Below the pieces are notes generated by a model that saw only the letters and a list, made by a program, of their open reading frames with translations, searched no databases and had not been told where the DNA came from. From Sphyrna mokarran (Eukaryota), in contig JAGIQG010000005.1 of assembly GCA_024679065.1 (NCBI GenBank), positions 50,716,001-50,780,000 of the forward strand: a stretch of 64,000 bases of DNA, written 5' to 3'. Numbering within the stretch: the stretch's first letter is position 1; every line of letters begins with the position of its first letter. Of this stretch, positions 38,011 through 49,984 are shown in pieces. The position numbers were made by a program, and so were the translations under genes.

Positions 38011-38877
38011 AGAATCAGGGAAAATTAAGATTGAAAATAAAGTTGGGATAAAATAAAAAGGGGAATCGATGGATGTGGCTGCATGACAGGGTATTTTGTA
38101 GGAGAATCCACATATCAATGAGAAAAACAATTGTATATCCATGTGATGAGGGGAGATCAATGGAATGTAAAAGAAGTGACTCGAAGTAGAGAGGTAAGGA
38201 AATTGGCACATTTATATTTTAAAATCCCAGTCCACAGTGCAGGTAACATCAAACAAAAGAATGATGTATCCATAATACAGTAACTCAGAAAGACATATGG
38301 TAGAAACAATGATCACAGCCACTCCCAGCTACAGAAAACAGTCTTGCCTGAAAGCAGGTTAATGCTAAAAGATAGCTGGTTAAAATCCTAAAACTCAAAC
38401 AGAGAAGATTACATCTTCATCGAGACTGAAGATGATTTTCCCAAATATGTTCTGATAACCTGAGTGTGGTAACGATTTGCTGGGCTTAACCTTTAGAGTT
38501 ATATAATGTTGGATGTTGTTTGGGAATAAAGGACGTGTTAGAGTCCAGGAATGGTAAGAAGTTGGGAATAATGGGGTAATTTCAGATAATACTGTGTGTG
38601 GATAACCATTAATGTAGTTAAGTGTGCTGTTGAAGTGTATTATAATTCTTGTTATTGTGTGTTCATTTAAATTAATAATATTCTTTATTAAGTGTTCACA
38701 AAATGACTAGTTTGTTTGTCTTTGGTTTGCATATCTTTCTCACAGTCTACTCAATTGAAGTAGAGTAATAATATACAGCATTAAGAACCAATGTTCTAAG
38801 ATACTATCCGGGTTTTGGGATGCCCCTCACATTTAACATCAACAGGGTTTTTAACAGAAGTTTTTTTGTTCTTTAGC

Positions 38878-38976
38878 CACATTTAAGACTTATCTTGATG
38901 GGCATTTGAAGAAACAAGGAATAGAGGGATGGTCTAGATAGGTAAACATGATTGGTGCAAGCATGGAGGGCCGAAG
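38878..38976 (+). mobile_element. Short CR1 3' fragment between putative LTR and PBS
   Basis: ACATTTAAGACTTATCTTGATGGGC...GGTGCAAGCATGGAGGGCCGAAG. Confidence 0.65.
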
Positions 38977-38989
38977 TTTTGTTCAAAAG

Positions 38990-39008
38990 TGGGGGCTCTT
39001 GGTGGGAT
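38990..39008 (+). other. Degenerate primer-binding site (tRNA-Pro-like)
   Basis: TGGGGGCTCTTGGTGGGAT vs tRNA-Pro PBS TGGGGGCTCGTCCGGGAT, positioned upstream of gag. Confidence 0.6.
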
Positions 39009-41810
39009 TTACAAAGCATCTCCTTTTGTGTAGGGGAATTATATGTAACAAGAGTGAGGAATCAACTGAGGAAGTATGTGATTTAAAATTAGGTGCAACA
39101 TGACCCTTGCGATGGCTAGGACTTGTTTAGGAGCGACAGTATAACCTTGGAAAGTCCCTACCTGGAGGAACTAAAAAGGCTAAGAAGGTAATTGAACTGT
39201 GAAGCATTTAAATGTACAAGAGTTGTCAGTTAGATGACGAGTGAGTCAATCAGTTGTCAGTTGAAAAGTGAATAAATTGAATTTGCTAAAATTCAAATGC
39301 AGGGAAAACAAAAGGAAAAATAACTACAGATGCAGAAAAAACAAAAAGATGGGAAAGAGAGGAAAAAGAAAGAAAGAGCTTTTTAAAAGGAAATTGAAAT
39401 GAGGAAGCTTGACAATGATATGGAAAGATGAACGAGGGAACAAAAGGCAAAGGAGAGAGTGAATTTGAAATTAAGAAGCTGTAAGTTAAAGCAGAGACAC
39501 TAAAGTAGAGTGAAATGAAATAGGTTTGACATGAACCTAGTTGGGAGATGCTTAGATTTGTCCAGGTACTTCCAAAATTTGATGAAAATGATGTGAAAGC
39601 ATTTTTAAAATTTCGTTTGTGATAATAGCGATACTAATAAAATGGCCTCAATACATGTGGATGCTGTGCTTACAGAATAAACTTGTAGGTATTGCGAATG
39701 AAGTCTATGTGGCTTTATCAAAGGAAAGGTTTGAGGAGTATGATGCAATGAAGAAAGCTATTTTGGGTACTTATGAATTAACATTAGGGGCTTAAAGACA
39801 AACATTTTGAAATGTAAGACAACAGTCTGGACAGACTTATATTGAATTTCAAAGGGTTAAACAAAGTAATTCTGATGGTTAGTTAGAGTGTTCTGTTGGA
39901 AGAATTCAATGATTCATTATCTGCAGTGCCAAGAACTCATGTGGAGGAACAAAGTTAAAACTGTGAGGTAGGCCGCAGAGCTTCTTGATGAATTGGTTCT
40001 TCTCAACATACTTTTAAATCTGAGAAAGATAGAAAATGGGAAGGTGTGAGAAAAGACAGTCAAGCAAGAAAGGGAATGGTTGAAAATTTAGAGGAGGCTT
40101 CATCTCAAAGTAAAAAAGGTGGTGCTGAGAGAATGAAGGATATGGAGAAAGTTGTAATGAACTGGGTCATTCAAAATCATTATGCTGGAGATAAATGACA
40201 AGCTGGTTGAAGATATAAGTCTCAAGAAAGGAAATTTTAAATCAGAGACTTTAGAACAAGAGAAGCTGGTAGGATTGTATACAGAGAAGAACAAACAAAA
40301 TGGGTGAAAATGTGTGCACAACTTGCACAGGGGCAGCGTGACCAGCAGGTGGCTTATCTGTTTGAGGATTTTGTATTGAAGGGCAAATTTTTTAACATGT
40401 AAAAAAATGGAATGAAGAATTAAATCATTGCATGGAATTAAAATTTTAAGATATACAGGAGTGAGTCAATCTCTAATGTTGTGAAATAAAGATATTAGTT
40501 GTTCAGAAAGGAAATTGAAGGAAAAGGTTCTGGTTAACAGCACTCATGGTGAGATTAAATAAATTCCTCTAGTGAAAGTCAACTTATGAAGTAGTTTGAA
40601 GATGGGAGAAGTAATTGTAGAAGTGGGAGGAACATTGCACATTTCAGGGATCCAATTCATTCAAAGGAATATGTAGATGGATCACAGATAATAGTGATGC
40701 CTAATGTGGTTAAGGAGCTGGTAGACAATCAAGCTATAGAAAAAGTGCAAATGATCACCCTGATATGTTCTTTGATTGTGTGGTAGCAAGATCACCATCA
40801 CATGAGATCAGACAAGAGAATCAGCACAGGTTGAGAAAGTGGAGTAAAGTTAGCTCTTACTATCTTGAGTGAACAGAATAAAGATGGAAAAGTTAAAGGG
40901 AAAGAAAACATATGTATAGCTCAAAAAGATTGATAGAATTTCTGCAGGGCGATTCCAAATTGAAACATATTTATTAAACGGCTTACTCAGAATTGGAGAC
41001 TTAGTGTATTCCTGAATGTTATTATGTAAAGGATCACATATTAATGAGAAAATTGCATCCCATGCATATTAGTGCAGATGACAAATGGGCAGAAATACAT
41101 CAAATGGTATTACCTCCTGAGTAAAAGAAATAAATTCTAAGGATAGCTCATGAAATTCCATTAGGAGGACATCTGGGAATAAAGATATAGATATAAGCAA
41201 AGCTATAGAAGCAGTTTTACTGGCTGTGACTACATAAAGATATAGTTATATTTTGTCAAATACGTCACACATGTTAAGAAATAGGAAAACCACAAACTGC
41301 AAAAAAGCGAGCACATTAGATCCCTGTTCCGGCTTTCGAAGAACCTTTTACAAAAGTTCTAGTTGACTTTTGGAAATGTAAAGTGGAGATCAATGCTTGC
41401 TAACTTTTATGGATATATCCACTAAATTTCCTGCAGCCACATTGTTAAGAAATATTATAGTCAAGAAACTGGTAGATAACTTAACCAAATTCTTTATTAG
41501 AAATGGCTTACTGAAAGAGGTAAAATTTAATATCAGAATTATTTAAAGAGGCCATGATAGCATGGAAATGAAACAATATAAATCATCATCCAGAGTCACA
41601 GGAAGCATCATTAAGGTGGGATCAAACTTTGAAAACAATGATGAAGTGTATAGTCAAGATTACGCACGCGATTGGGACAAAGGGATTCCATTTTTATTAT
41701 TTGCCACTGAGGATGCACTAAATGATTCGATAAGATTTAATCCTTCTGAATTAGTTGATGGGCAGAAGTTAGTGGATCTCAGAAATTAATACAAGAAAAG
41801 TTATTAAATA

Positions 41811-42790
41811 AGCTGCAGTCCATGTGCTGTGGGTTGACCCACAATGTCATTAGGGATGGAATTCCAGGATTTTGACCCAGTGACTGCGAAGGAATGGTGA
41901 TATATTGCGAACTCAGGATGGAGAGTGGCTTGGAGGGGAATTTGCAGGTGGTGGTGTTCCCATGTATCTGCTGCCCTTGTCCTTCTAGATGCAAGTGGTC
42001 ATGGGTTTGGAAAGTGCTGCCTCAGTATCTTTGGTGAATTGCTGCAGTGCATTTTGTAGATAATATACACTGCTGCTACAGGGTGTCAATGGTGGATGTT
42101 TATAGGTGTGGTGTCAATCAAGTGGGCTGCTCTCTTCTGGATAGTGTCAAGCTTCTTGAGTGTTGTTGAAGCTGCACCCTTCCAGGCAAGTAGGGAATAT
42201 TCCATCTAACTCCTAACTTGTGCCTTGTAGATGGTGGATAGGCCTTGGGGATTCAAGAGGTGAGTTAACTCACCACAGTATTTCAAGCTTCTGACTTGCT
42301 CTTGTCGCCACTCTGTTTATGCGGTGAGTCTGGTTGAGTGTCTGGTCAATGGTAAACCCAAAGATGTTAGGGGTTCAGTGATGGTAAGATCATTGAATGT
42401 TAAAGGGTGGTGGTTAGAGTGTCTCTTATTGATGGTGGTCAATACCTGGCATTTGTGTGGCATGAATGTTATTTGCCACTTGTCAGTCCAGGCCTGAATA
42501 TTGCCCAGATCTTTTGCTGCATTTGAACATGGACTGCTTCAGTATCAGAGGAGTTGCAAATGGCACTGAACATTGTGCAATCATTGGTGAACATCTCCAA
42601 ATCTGACCTTTTGACAGAGGGAAGGTTATTGATGAAGCAGCTGAGGGTTGTTGGGCTTAGGGCACTACCCTGAGGGACTCCTGTAGAGATGTCCTGAGGC
42701 TGAGATGAAAGACCCTCCACAACCACAATCATCTTCCTATGTTCCAGATATAACTCCAAATAGTGGAGTGTTTGCCCCTGATACTTATTG
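41811..42790 (-). mobile_element. LINE family B RT/3' fragment nested in Gypsy integrase
   Basis: Minus ORF 42469-42840 contains GVPQGSALSPTTLSCFINNLP..MFTNDCT (non-LTR RT motifs). Confidence 0.9.
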
Positions 42791-44674
42791 TGAGGTGGTG
42801 AGGAAGCATTTAAAGATAGCACAGCAGGGAATGAAAACAATGACTGATAAGAGAGCGCAGGCTCATATTATTGTAGCAGGGATAAAGTGCTAACGTTACC
42901 ATCTGTATTCAGCAAAATATTGAAAGTTAGATTTAGTGGATCTTATCACATTGAAAGGAAACAGAGTGAAGTAAATTATACACTACATTGATGTAAATGT
43001 CGCAGAGTAAGGCGTAAAAACATACTTAAAAGGTATTGGGATAAAGCAGATGTGGACAATCATGAGATCGTGTTAGTAATGAAGCAGCAAGAAGAGGAAG
43101 GGTCAAATTCTGAGCATTATTTTCTTTCTAATTCATTTGAGTAATGAGGAAGTAGAAAAAATGCAACTAACTAGTTGCTATCTTCCAGTAAAGTGAATTG
43201 GAAAAGTTGCTGCTGCCTTTTAAATCTGTTTTTGGGAATAAATTAGGTACAACAGAGAAAGCAAAGCATGATGTAAATGTGGGGGAAACAGTTCCAATAC
43301 AGCTATGATCCAGAAAAGTAATCACAAGTAGAGAAGAAAGTTGAATATATGCTCCAATATAATTTTATTCAGTTGAGTTCTAGGTGTGCATTCACTCCAA
43401 AGCCAGAAAGTTCTACCCGAGATCAACAGACCTTTGCGTGGTCCTTGTCCCACACGCTACAATTACCATTGAGAATGGAATGGGAAAATTCCAGTCTTAA
43501 TGTTTGGAGTTTACCTACTGTAATGTTGCTGAAGCCAAATAGAACACAAAGACTTTGTGTGGATTTCAAGACTGTCATCATCAAGGGAGTTTTCTTTTCT
43601 ATACAATGGTTAGATGATTGGATTGAAAGAGTTAGACAGCATAAATTCATTGCTAAAATCAAATTGTGAAAGGAATATTGGCAAGTACCTTTATCTAATA
43701 GAGCAAAGGAAATCTCAGCATTTGTGATGACAATTGGACTTTATCAATTTAAAGTTATGCCGCTTGGGACAAAGAACACACCTGCAACATTTCAGAGATG
43801 AACAAATAAAATTATTGAAGGATTGAGTAACTGTGCATTGACAATTCAGTGGTGTATAGTTAAAGTTGGGAAGAACATCAGCAACACTTAAAAGAACTGA
43901 ATGCTTAAAATAAACTAAGCTCATCATGAATTCAGCAAAAAGTGAATTTGCTAAAGCTCAAATTTCATCTTTCAGAATATCGTGGAACATTGTGAGATTG
44001 CTTCATGAGATTGGAAAATACATGCCATTTGGGATTTTCCAAAACCCACAAAAAGATAAGAGATTTGAAGATTTCTGGGAATGAATGGATTTTATCGTAA
44101 GTTTATACTAAACATTTTCAGTGTGGTAGAAAAACTGACAGAACTCTTGAAGAAGAACAAGAAATTGAACTGAACAGACAACAGCCAAACTGCATTTCAA
44201 CATTGATAAATGAGTCAATACATTCATCCTCTTTTTAGCTGCACTGGTTAAACTTTGCCCTCTCTATGACAATATTTTTATGCAGACTGAAGTATGAGTC
44301 AAGACTCTGAAGACATCCTTGTAGAAGGCTGTTCTTCATTCACCCCCTTTCTGCTGAGCATATCATCTATTATGCTCTCAACAGTGTGTAACAAGGTGCT
44401 CACTTTGTCAGCTTGCAGTCCCTCTGACAATTCCTAGGAATTAATAACTGTAGTGCAAAGGTGATACTTCCAAACCAGTGATCCAGAAATCAGCCTAATA
44501 ATGCAGAGAATGTGGACTGAATTTTCAATGCAGTGGATGTGGGATCAGAAGCAGAAGTGCCAGAATAATCCAGACACCCAGTCACTTGCTGGTCCTTCAA
44601 CACAGTGTCACTTTGGCCATTTCTCCTATTATGTGATCAAGGGCTGAATGATCCATGTTAAAACCCAGTATAAC

Positions 44675-45010
44675 ATTTGCTCGGGTTTAGAAGAGTAAGA
44701 GGTGACTTGATTAGAATTTTTAAGATCGTGTAAGTTATTGGCGGGGTGGATGTAGAGGGGATGTTTCCTCTTTCCAGATAGTCTAGAACTAGCTATCTCT
44801 GTTTAAAAATAAGGGAGCACTCATTTGGGACAGAGATATGGAGGGGTTTCTTCTCCCAGAGAGTCATGAGTCTTTGGAACTCTCTTCCTCAAAAGGCAGG
44901 GCACGCAGAGTTTTTGAATATTTTTGGGTCAGAGCTGGATGAGGGATTGTCATGGATAGACAGGAATGTGGGGTTGAGTTTACAATCAGATCAGCATGAT
45001 CTTACTGAAT
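44675..45010 (+). mobile_element. CR1 3' fragment nested between Gypsy RT and RNase H
   Basis: FRRVRGDLIRIFKI..DVEGMFPL..FSQRVMSLWNSLP; tail GTTTACAATCAGATCAGCATGATCTTACTGAATG. Confidence 0.85.
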
Positions 45011-45012
45011 GT

Positions 45013-45302
45013 GGGACAGCACAATGGTTAGCCTGAGACTCGGGTTCAATTCCTCGCTTGAGTCATTCTCTGTTTGGAATTTGCACATTCTCCCTGTGTC
45101 TGGTTGGGTTTCCTTCAGGTGCTCCTGTTTCCACCTGCTGTCTAAAGATGTGCAGGCTAGGTGGATTGCCCATGCTAAATTGCCCCTTAATGTCAGGGGG
45201 ATTAACAGGGGAAATATATGGGGTTACTGGGATAGGGTCTGGATGGGATTACTGTCATGCAGGCTGAATGGGTTGAATGGTGTCCTTCAATGATTTTATG
45301 AT
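45013..45302 (+). mobile_element. HE1 V-SINE
   Basis: GCACAATGGTTAGC, GGGTTCAATTCC, GGTGGATTGCCCATGCTAAATTGCCCCTT, CR1-type tail. Confidence 0.85.
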
Positions 45303-45615
45303 TAGAAAATAGTGTTGCTAATTGCACCAATGTTAGCTGCACCAAATTATGCCAAACAGTTCAAACTGGCGGTGGATGCAATTGACATTGTGGGAGTTGT
45401 TGTTACAGGAAGATGAATTTGGAATTGAGAAATTAACAGAATTATTCTTCAATTGAAAAAGAAACCTTAAGTTTGGTATAGGAATTACAACATTTTGAAA
45501 TATATATTGCCAGTAAATCAGCAGAAATAATTATGTATACAGACTATAATCCCTCCAACTTTCTGGAGAGGTGTTGACATTGGAATACGAAGTTATTTAG
45601 ATGGAGATTGTTACT

Positions 45616-46360
45616 GAGTCTCATTGTGAGTCTGAGTCTGCAAGTGAATCTGAGTGTGATAGTCCGTTGAGGAATGAATCTGGGCATGGCAGTGACTCAG
45701 AATGAGTCTGAGAGTGAATCTGAGTCTGTTAGTAACTCTGAGAATGAATCTAAGTCTAAGAGTGAAGCAAAGTCTGGGAGTAAAGCTGAGACTGAGTCTG
45801 GATCTGAATCAGTATGGGATTGAAGCAGAATCTAAGACTGAACTGAAGTCTGAGAGTGCATCTGATTCTGGGATTGAGTCTGAGAGTGAATCTCAGTCTG
45901 TGAGTGGATCTGAGAGTGAATCTGATTCTGATAGTGGGTCTGAGAGTGAATATCAGTCTGGAAGTGGGTCTGAGAGTGAATCTGATTCTGATAGTGAGTC
46001 TGAGAGTGAATCTCAGTCTGGGAGTGAGTTTGAGAATGAATCTCAGTCTGAGAGTGGGTTTGAGAATGAATCTCAGTCTGAGAGTGGGTTTGAGAATGAA
46101 TCTCAGTCTGGGAGTGGGTCTGAAAGTGAATCTGATTCTGATAGTGAGTCTGAGAGTGAATCTCAATCTGGGAGTAGTCTGAGAGTGAATCTCAGTCAGA
46201 TAGTGAGGCTGAGAGTGAATCTCAGTCTGGGAGTGATCTGAGAGTGAATCTCAGTCAGATAGTGAGTCTGAGAGTGAATCTCAGTCTGGGAGTGATCTGA
46301 GAATGAATCTCAGTCTGAGAGTGGGTCTGAGAGTGAAGTGGAGTCTGAGATTAAAATGCA
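45616..46360. repeat. GAGAGT/GAATCT minisatellite, main segment (30-bp unit)
   Basis: Ten in-register 30-mers at 45871-46170 (e.g. AGAGTGGGTTTGAGAATGAATCTCAGTCTG), then 59-bp dimers. Confidence 0.95.
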
Positions 46361-46376
46361 ATCTGCGAATGAAGTA

Positions 46377-48900
46377 GATAGAAACATTGAAAATAAGAAC
46401 AGTGAGAATAGGCCATTCGGCCCTACAAACTTGCTCCACCATTCATTATGATCATGGCTGACCATCCCGTAGGCTTACCACTCTGTGGGTGAAAACATTC
46501 CTTGTCATCTCAGTCCTACAATATTTACCCTGTATCGTCATACTGTTACCCCTGAATCTGGACTCCCCCCCACATTGGACACATCCTTCCTTCATCTACC
46601 CTATCCAGTCCTATTAGAATTTTATATGTTTTTATGAGATCCCCCTCATTCTTCTGAACTCCAGTGAATATAATCCTAACCGACTCAATCTCTCCTCGTA
46701 CATCAGTCCTGCCATTGCAGGTATCAGCCTGTTAACTATTCTCTGCACTCCTTCCAGAGAAAGAACATCATTCCACAGACAAGAGACCAAACCAGGTGTG
46801 GCTTCACCATAACCCTATATAACTGCAGAAAGACGTATCTGGCCCTCTATTTAAATCCTCTTAATATGAAGGTCAACACTCCATTTGCCTTCTTCACCAC
46901 CTATTGCACCTGCACGCTTACCTTCAGCTACTGGTATACAAGGACACACAAGTCTCATTACACATTCCCCTCAATTATTTTGTAGCCCTTCAGATAATAA
47001 TCTGCTTACTCATTTTTGTTACCAAAATGGACAGCATTACATTCATCCACATATGCATTTTCCCACTCACTCAGCTTGTCCAAATCACCCTGAAACTTCT
47101 CTGCATCCTCCACACAGTTCACCCTGCCACCCAGTTTTGTGTATCCCCAAATTTGGAGATATTACATTTTATTTCCTGATCTAAATCATTAATATATATG
47201 TAGATAGCTAGGGTCCCAGCAACAATTCTTGTGGCAACCAACTAGTCACTGCCTGCCATTTGGAAAAACACTTTTTGTTTTCTGTCTGTCAACCATTTTC
47301 TATCCATCTCAATACACTACCCCCAACCCTAGGAACTTTAATTTTCCATACTAACTTTTTATAAGGGACTTTGTCAAAAGCTTTCTACAAGTCCAAATAA
47401 ACCACATCCATTGGCTCCCCCTCATCAACTCTACTACTTATATCCTCAAAAAATTCTAGTAGATTTGTCAAGCATGATTTCCATTTTGTAAATCCATCCC
47501 GACTCTATCTGATTTTTCCAGATGCTCAACTATAAAATCTTTGATAATTGTAGAATTTTCCCCACTACCAATGTGAGGCTGACTGGTCTGTAATTCTCTG
47601 CTTTCTCTCTATATCCCTTTTTTAAATGGGGAGAGGGTGGGGTTGTATTAGCTGCTCTTAAATCTGTAGAAACTGTTCCACACAAGAACATAACAACACA
47701 AGAAATAGAAGCAGGGGTAGGCTACCCTGCTCTTCAAGACTGCCCTGCCGTTCAATATGATCATGTTTGATTTATGCCAGCCTCAGCTCCTTTTCTGTGC
47801 CATTTCCCCATTGCCTGTTTATTTCTTGATCCATCAAATATTTATTCACCTCTACTTTAAATACTTCTTATCATCCAGCCTCCATTATTCATTACATCTA
47901 CAGGTCCCCCTCTATCAGTTCTCCTTGTTGCATCCTCAAAGAATTTAAACAAATTTGTCAAACATGACTTGTCTTTCATAAGACCATGTTGACTAGATTT
48001 GATCATATTCAGCTTTCCTAAATGATTAGTTATTTTCTCTTTGATTATTGATGGAGCATCTTGCCAATAACAGATGTTAAAGTAACTGGCCAATAGTTCG
48101 CTGCCTTCTGTCTTCCTCCTCTTATAAACAAGAGCATCACACTGGCTGTTTTCCAATCTTCTGGTACCATCCCAGAATTTAGCAAGTTATGAAAAATTTT
48201 AACCAATGTGTCCATTACCTTTGCAGCTACTTCCATTAAAATCCTGGCATTCCAGTTTCTATAGATTCTTGGAAGATGATCATCCATGCATCCACTATTT
48301 TTAGGGCCACCTCCTTAAATATTCTAGGATATAGATTGTCAAGTCCTGGGGATTTAATGGCCTTCAATCCCATCAATTTCTCCAACACCATTTTTCTACT
48401 AAAACTGATTTCCTTTAGTTCTTTATAAAGCCTTGTCTTACCCAATATTTCTTGTATCTTATTTGTGTCTTCCTTTATGAAGACAGAAAAAGGAAGTATT
48501 TAGTTGGTCAGCCAATTCTTCATTCCCCATTATAAATTTCCCTGTTTCTGACTGTAAGGGACTTATATTTGTCTTTGCCAATCTTGTTCTCTTCACATAT
48601 CTACAGAAACTTTTACAGACAATTTTTGTCTGCAAGCTTGCACTTGTATTCTATTTTCCCCTTCTTAATCAATCTCTTAGTCTTCCTTTGTTGAATTCTA
48701 AACTGCTCCCAATCCTTAGCTCTCTTGTTTTTTTTTCTGGCCAATTTGTAGGCTTTTTCCTGAAATTTATTGCCATTCCCTTGTAAGCCATGGTTGGGTG
48801 TTTTTTCCTTTTACTTCTATGCTAGACAAGAATGAACAATTGTTGCAGTTAACCTGTGTACTCATTGAATGTTTGCCATTGCCTCTGCCCTATCATTTTT
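46377..48900 (-). mobile_element. CR1 LINE ORF2/3' portion, inactive
   Basis: Tail at ~46377-46460 (GAATAGGCCATTCGGCCC...ATGATCATGGCTGA); minus ORF 48236-48445 LEKLMGLKAIKSPGLDNLYPRIFKE. Confidence 0.85.
47681..48249 (-). mobile_element. Internally deleted CR1 nested in the preceding CR1
   Basis: Second tail ACAAGAAATAGAAGCAGGGGTAGGC at ~47700; DWKTASVMLLF..NYWPVTLTSVIGK, SQHGLMKDKSCLTNL; flanked by TTCCA. Confidence 0.8.
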
Positions 48901-48974
48901 TCATTATGATCATGGCTGATTATCCAACTCAATAGCTGAAGCCTGCTTTTTCCCCATAACCTTTGATCCCATTG

Positions 48975-49925
48975 TATATTAATGATTAGGATGAGAGGAC
49001 AAAATGTAATATCCTAAAGCTTGCAGATGATATCAAGTTGGGTGGGAGGGTGAACTATGTTGGGGGTGCAGAGATCCTTCAGAATGATCTGGATAGGTTG
49101 GGTGAGGAGGCAAATCAATGGCAGATGCAGAATAATTTTGATAAATGTAAGATTATTCACTTTGGAACCAGAACCAAGAAGACAGATTATTAACTCAATG
49201 GCTGCAAATTGGGAGAGGAGTGTGTGTAGCAGGACCTGGGTGAACTTGTGCATTAGTTGCTGAAGGCAAGCATGCAGCTGCAGCAGGCAGTAAAAAAGGT
49301 GAAGGGTATGTTGGCCTTCATTGCGAGAGGTTTTGAGTATAGGAGCAGGGGTGTGTTGTTGGAATTATACACACCTAGAGTATTGTGTGTAGTTGGGTCT
49401 CCTTTTCTGAGGAAGAATGTTCTTATTCTTGAGGGAATACAGTAGAGGTTTACCTGATTTCAGAAATGGTGCGACCGATGCATGAGGAGAGATTGACTAG
49501 GTTAGAATTGTTTTCACTGGAATTCAGGCAAAGGAGGGGGGAATCTCATAGAGACTTACAAAATTCTCACAGGACTAGATGGGATAAACGCAGGGAGAAT
49601 GTTCCTGATGGGAGTCCAGAACCAAAGGTCACAGTCTGAGGATTCCGGTTGGACTATTTCGGATGGAGGTGAGCAAACATTTCATCACCCAAAGAGTAGT
49701 GAGCCTTTGGAATTCATTACCACAGGAAGAATTTGATGCCAAAACATTGAACGTATTCAAGAGGTGACTGGAAATATCACTTGGGGTGAATAGGATTAAA
49801 GGTTATGGAGGTAAAGCAGGATTAGGCTATTGAGTTGGATGATCAGCCATGATCTTAATGAATAGTAGAGCAAACTCAAAGGACCAAATAGCCTCCATCT
49901 GCTCTTAACTTCTATGTTTCTATCT
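48975..49925 (+). mobile_element. CR1 RT/3' fragment
   Basis: YINDLDE-like and ADDIKLG, MLAFIARGFEYRS; tail CTCCATCTGCTCTTAACTTCTATGTTTCTAT. Confidence 0.9.
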
Positions 49926-49984
49926 TTCGATGTTATCTCTCTAAGTAATATTTCTCAATCCATCATAGTCAACCTGGTCCTCGT

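Larger units (their letters stand above)
38030..45615 (+). mobile_element. Decayed Gmr1-like Ty3/Gypsy LTR retrotransposon (gag-PR-IN-RT-RH), 3'-truncated
   Basis: Putative LTR ~38030-38857; PBS 38990; gag LPKFDENDVKAF..KWP..YDAMKKAIL..YEL (39565-39790); protease KILRYTGVSQSL (~40440); integrase AHEIPLGGHLGI..FYW..CQ..HTC, EEPFTKVLVD (41145-41370), DWDKGIPFLLFA (~41670); RT LCVDFK, GYWQVPL, KVMPLGTKNTPATFQR, FLGMNGFYR (43550-44100); RNase H LAAPNYAKQFKLAVDA, YTDYNP, RWRLLL (45333-45615). Confidence 0.85.

Noticed and set aside
45702-46241. Ser/Glu/Asp-rich 179-aa ORF as an acidic (SCPP/DSPP-like) gene, or the array as CRISPR
   Set aside because: Pure tandem repeat with frameshifting units and no signal peptide or exon context; no unique spacers or cas genes, and the DNA is eukaryotic
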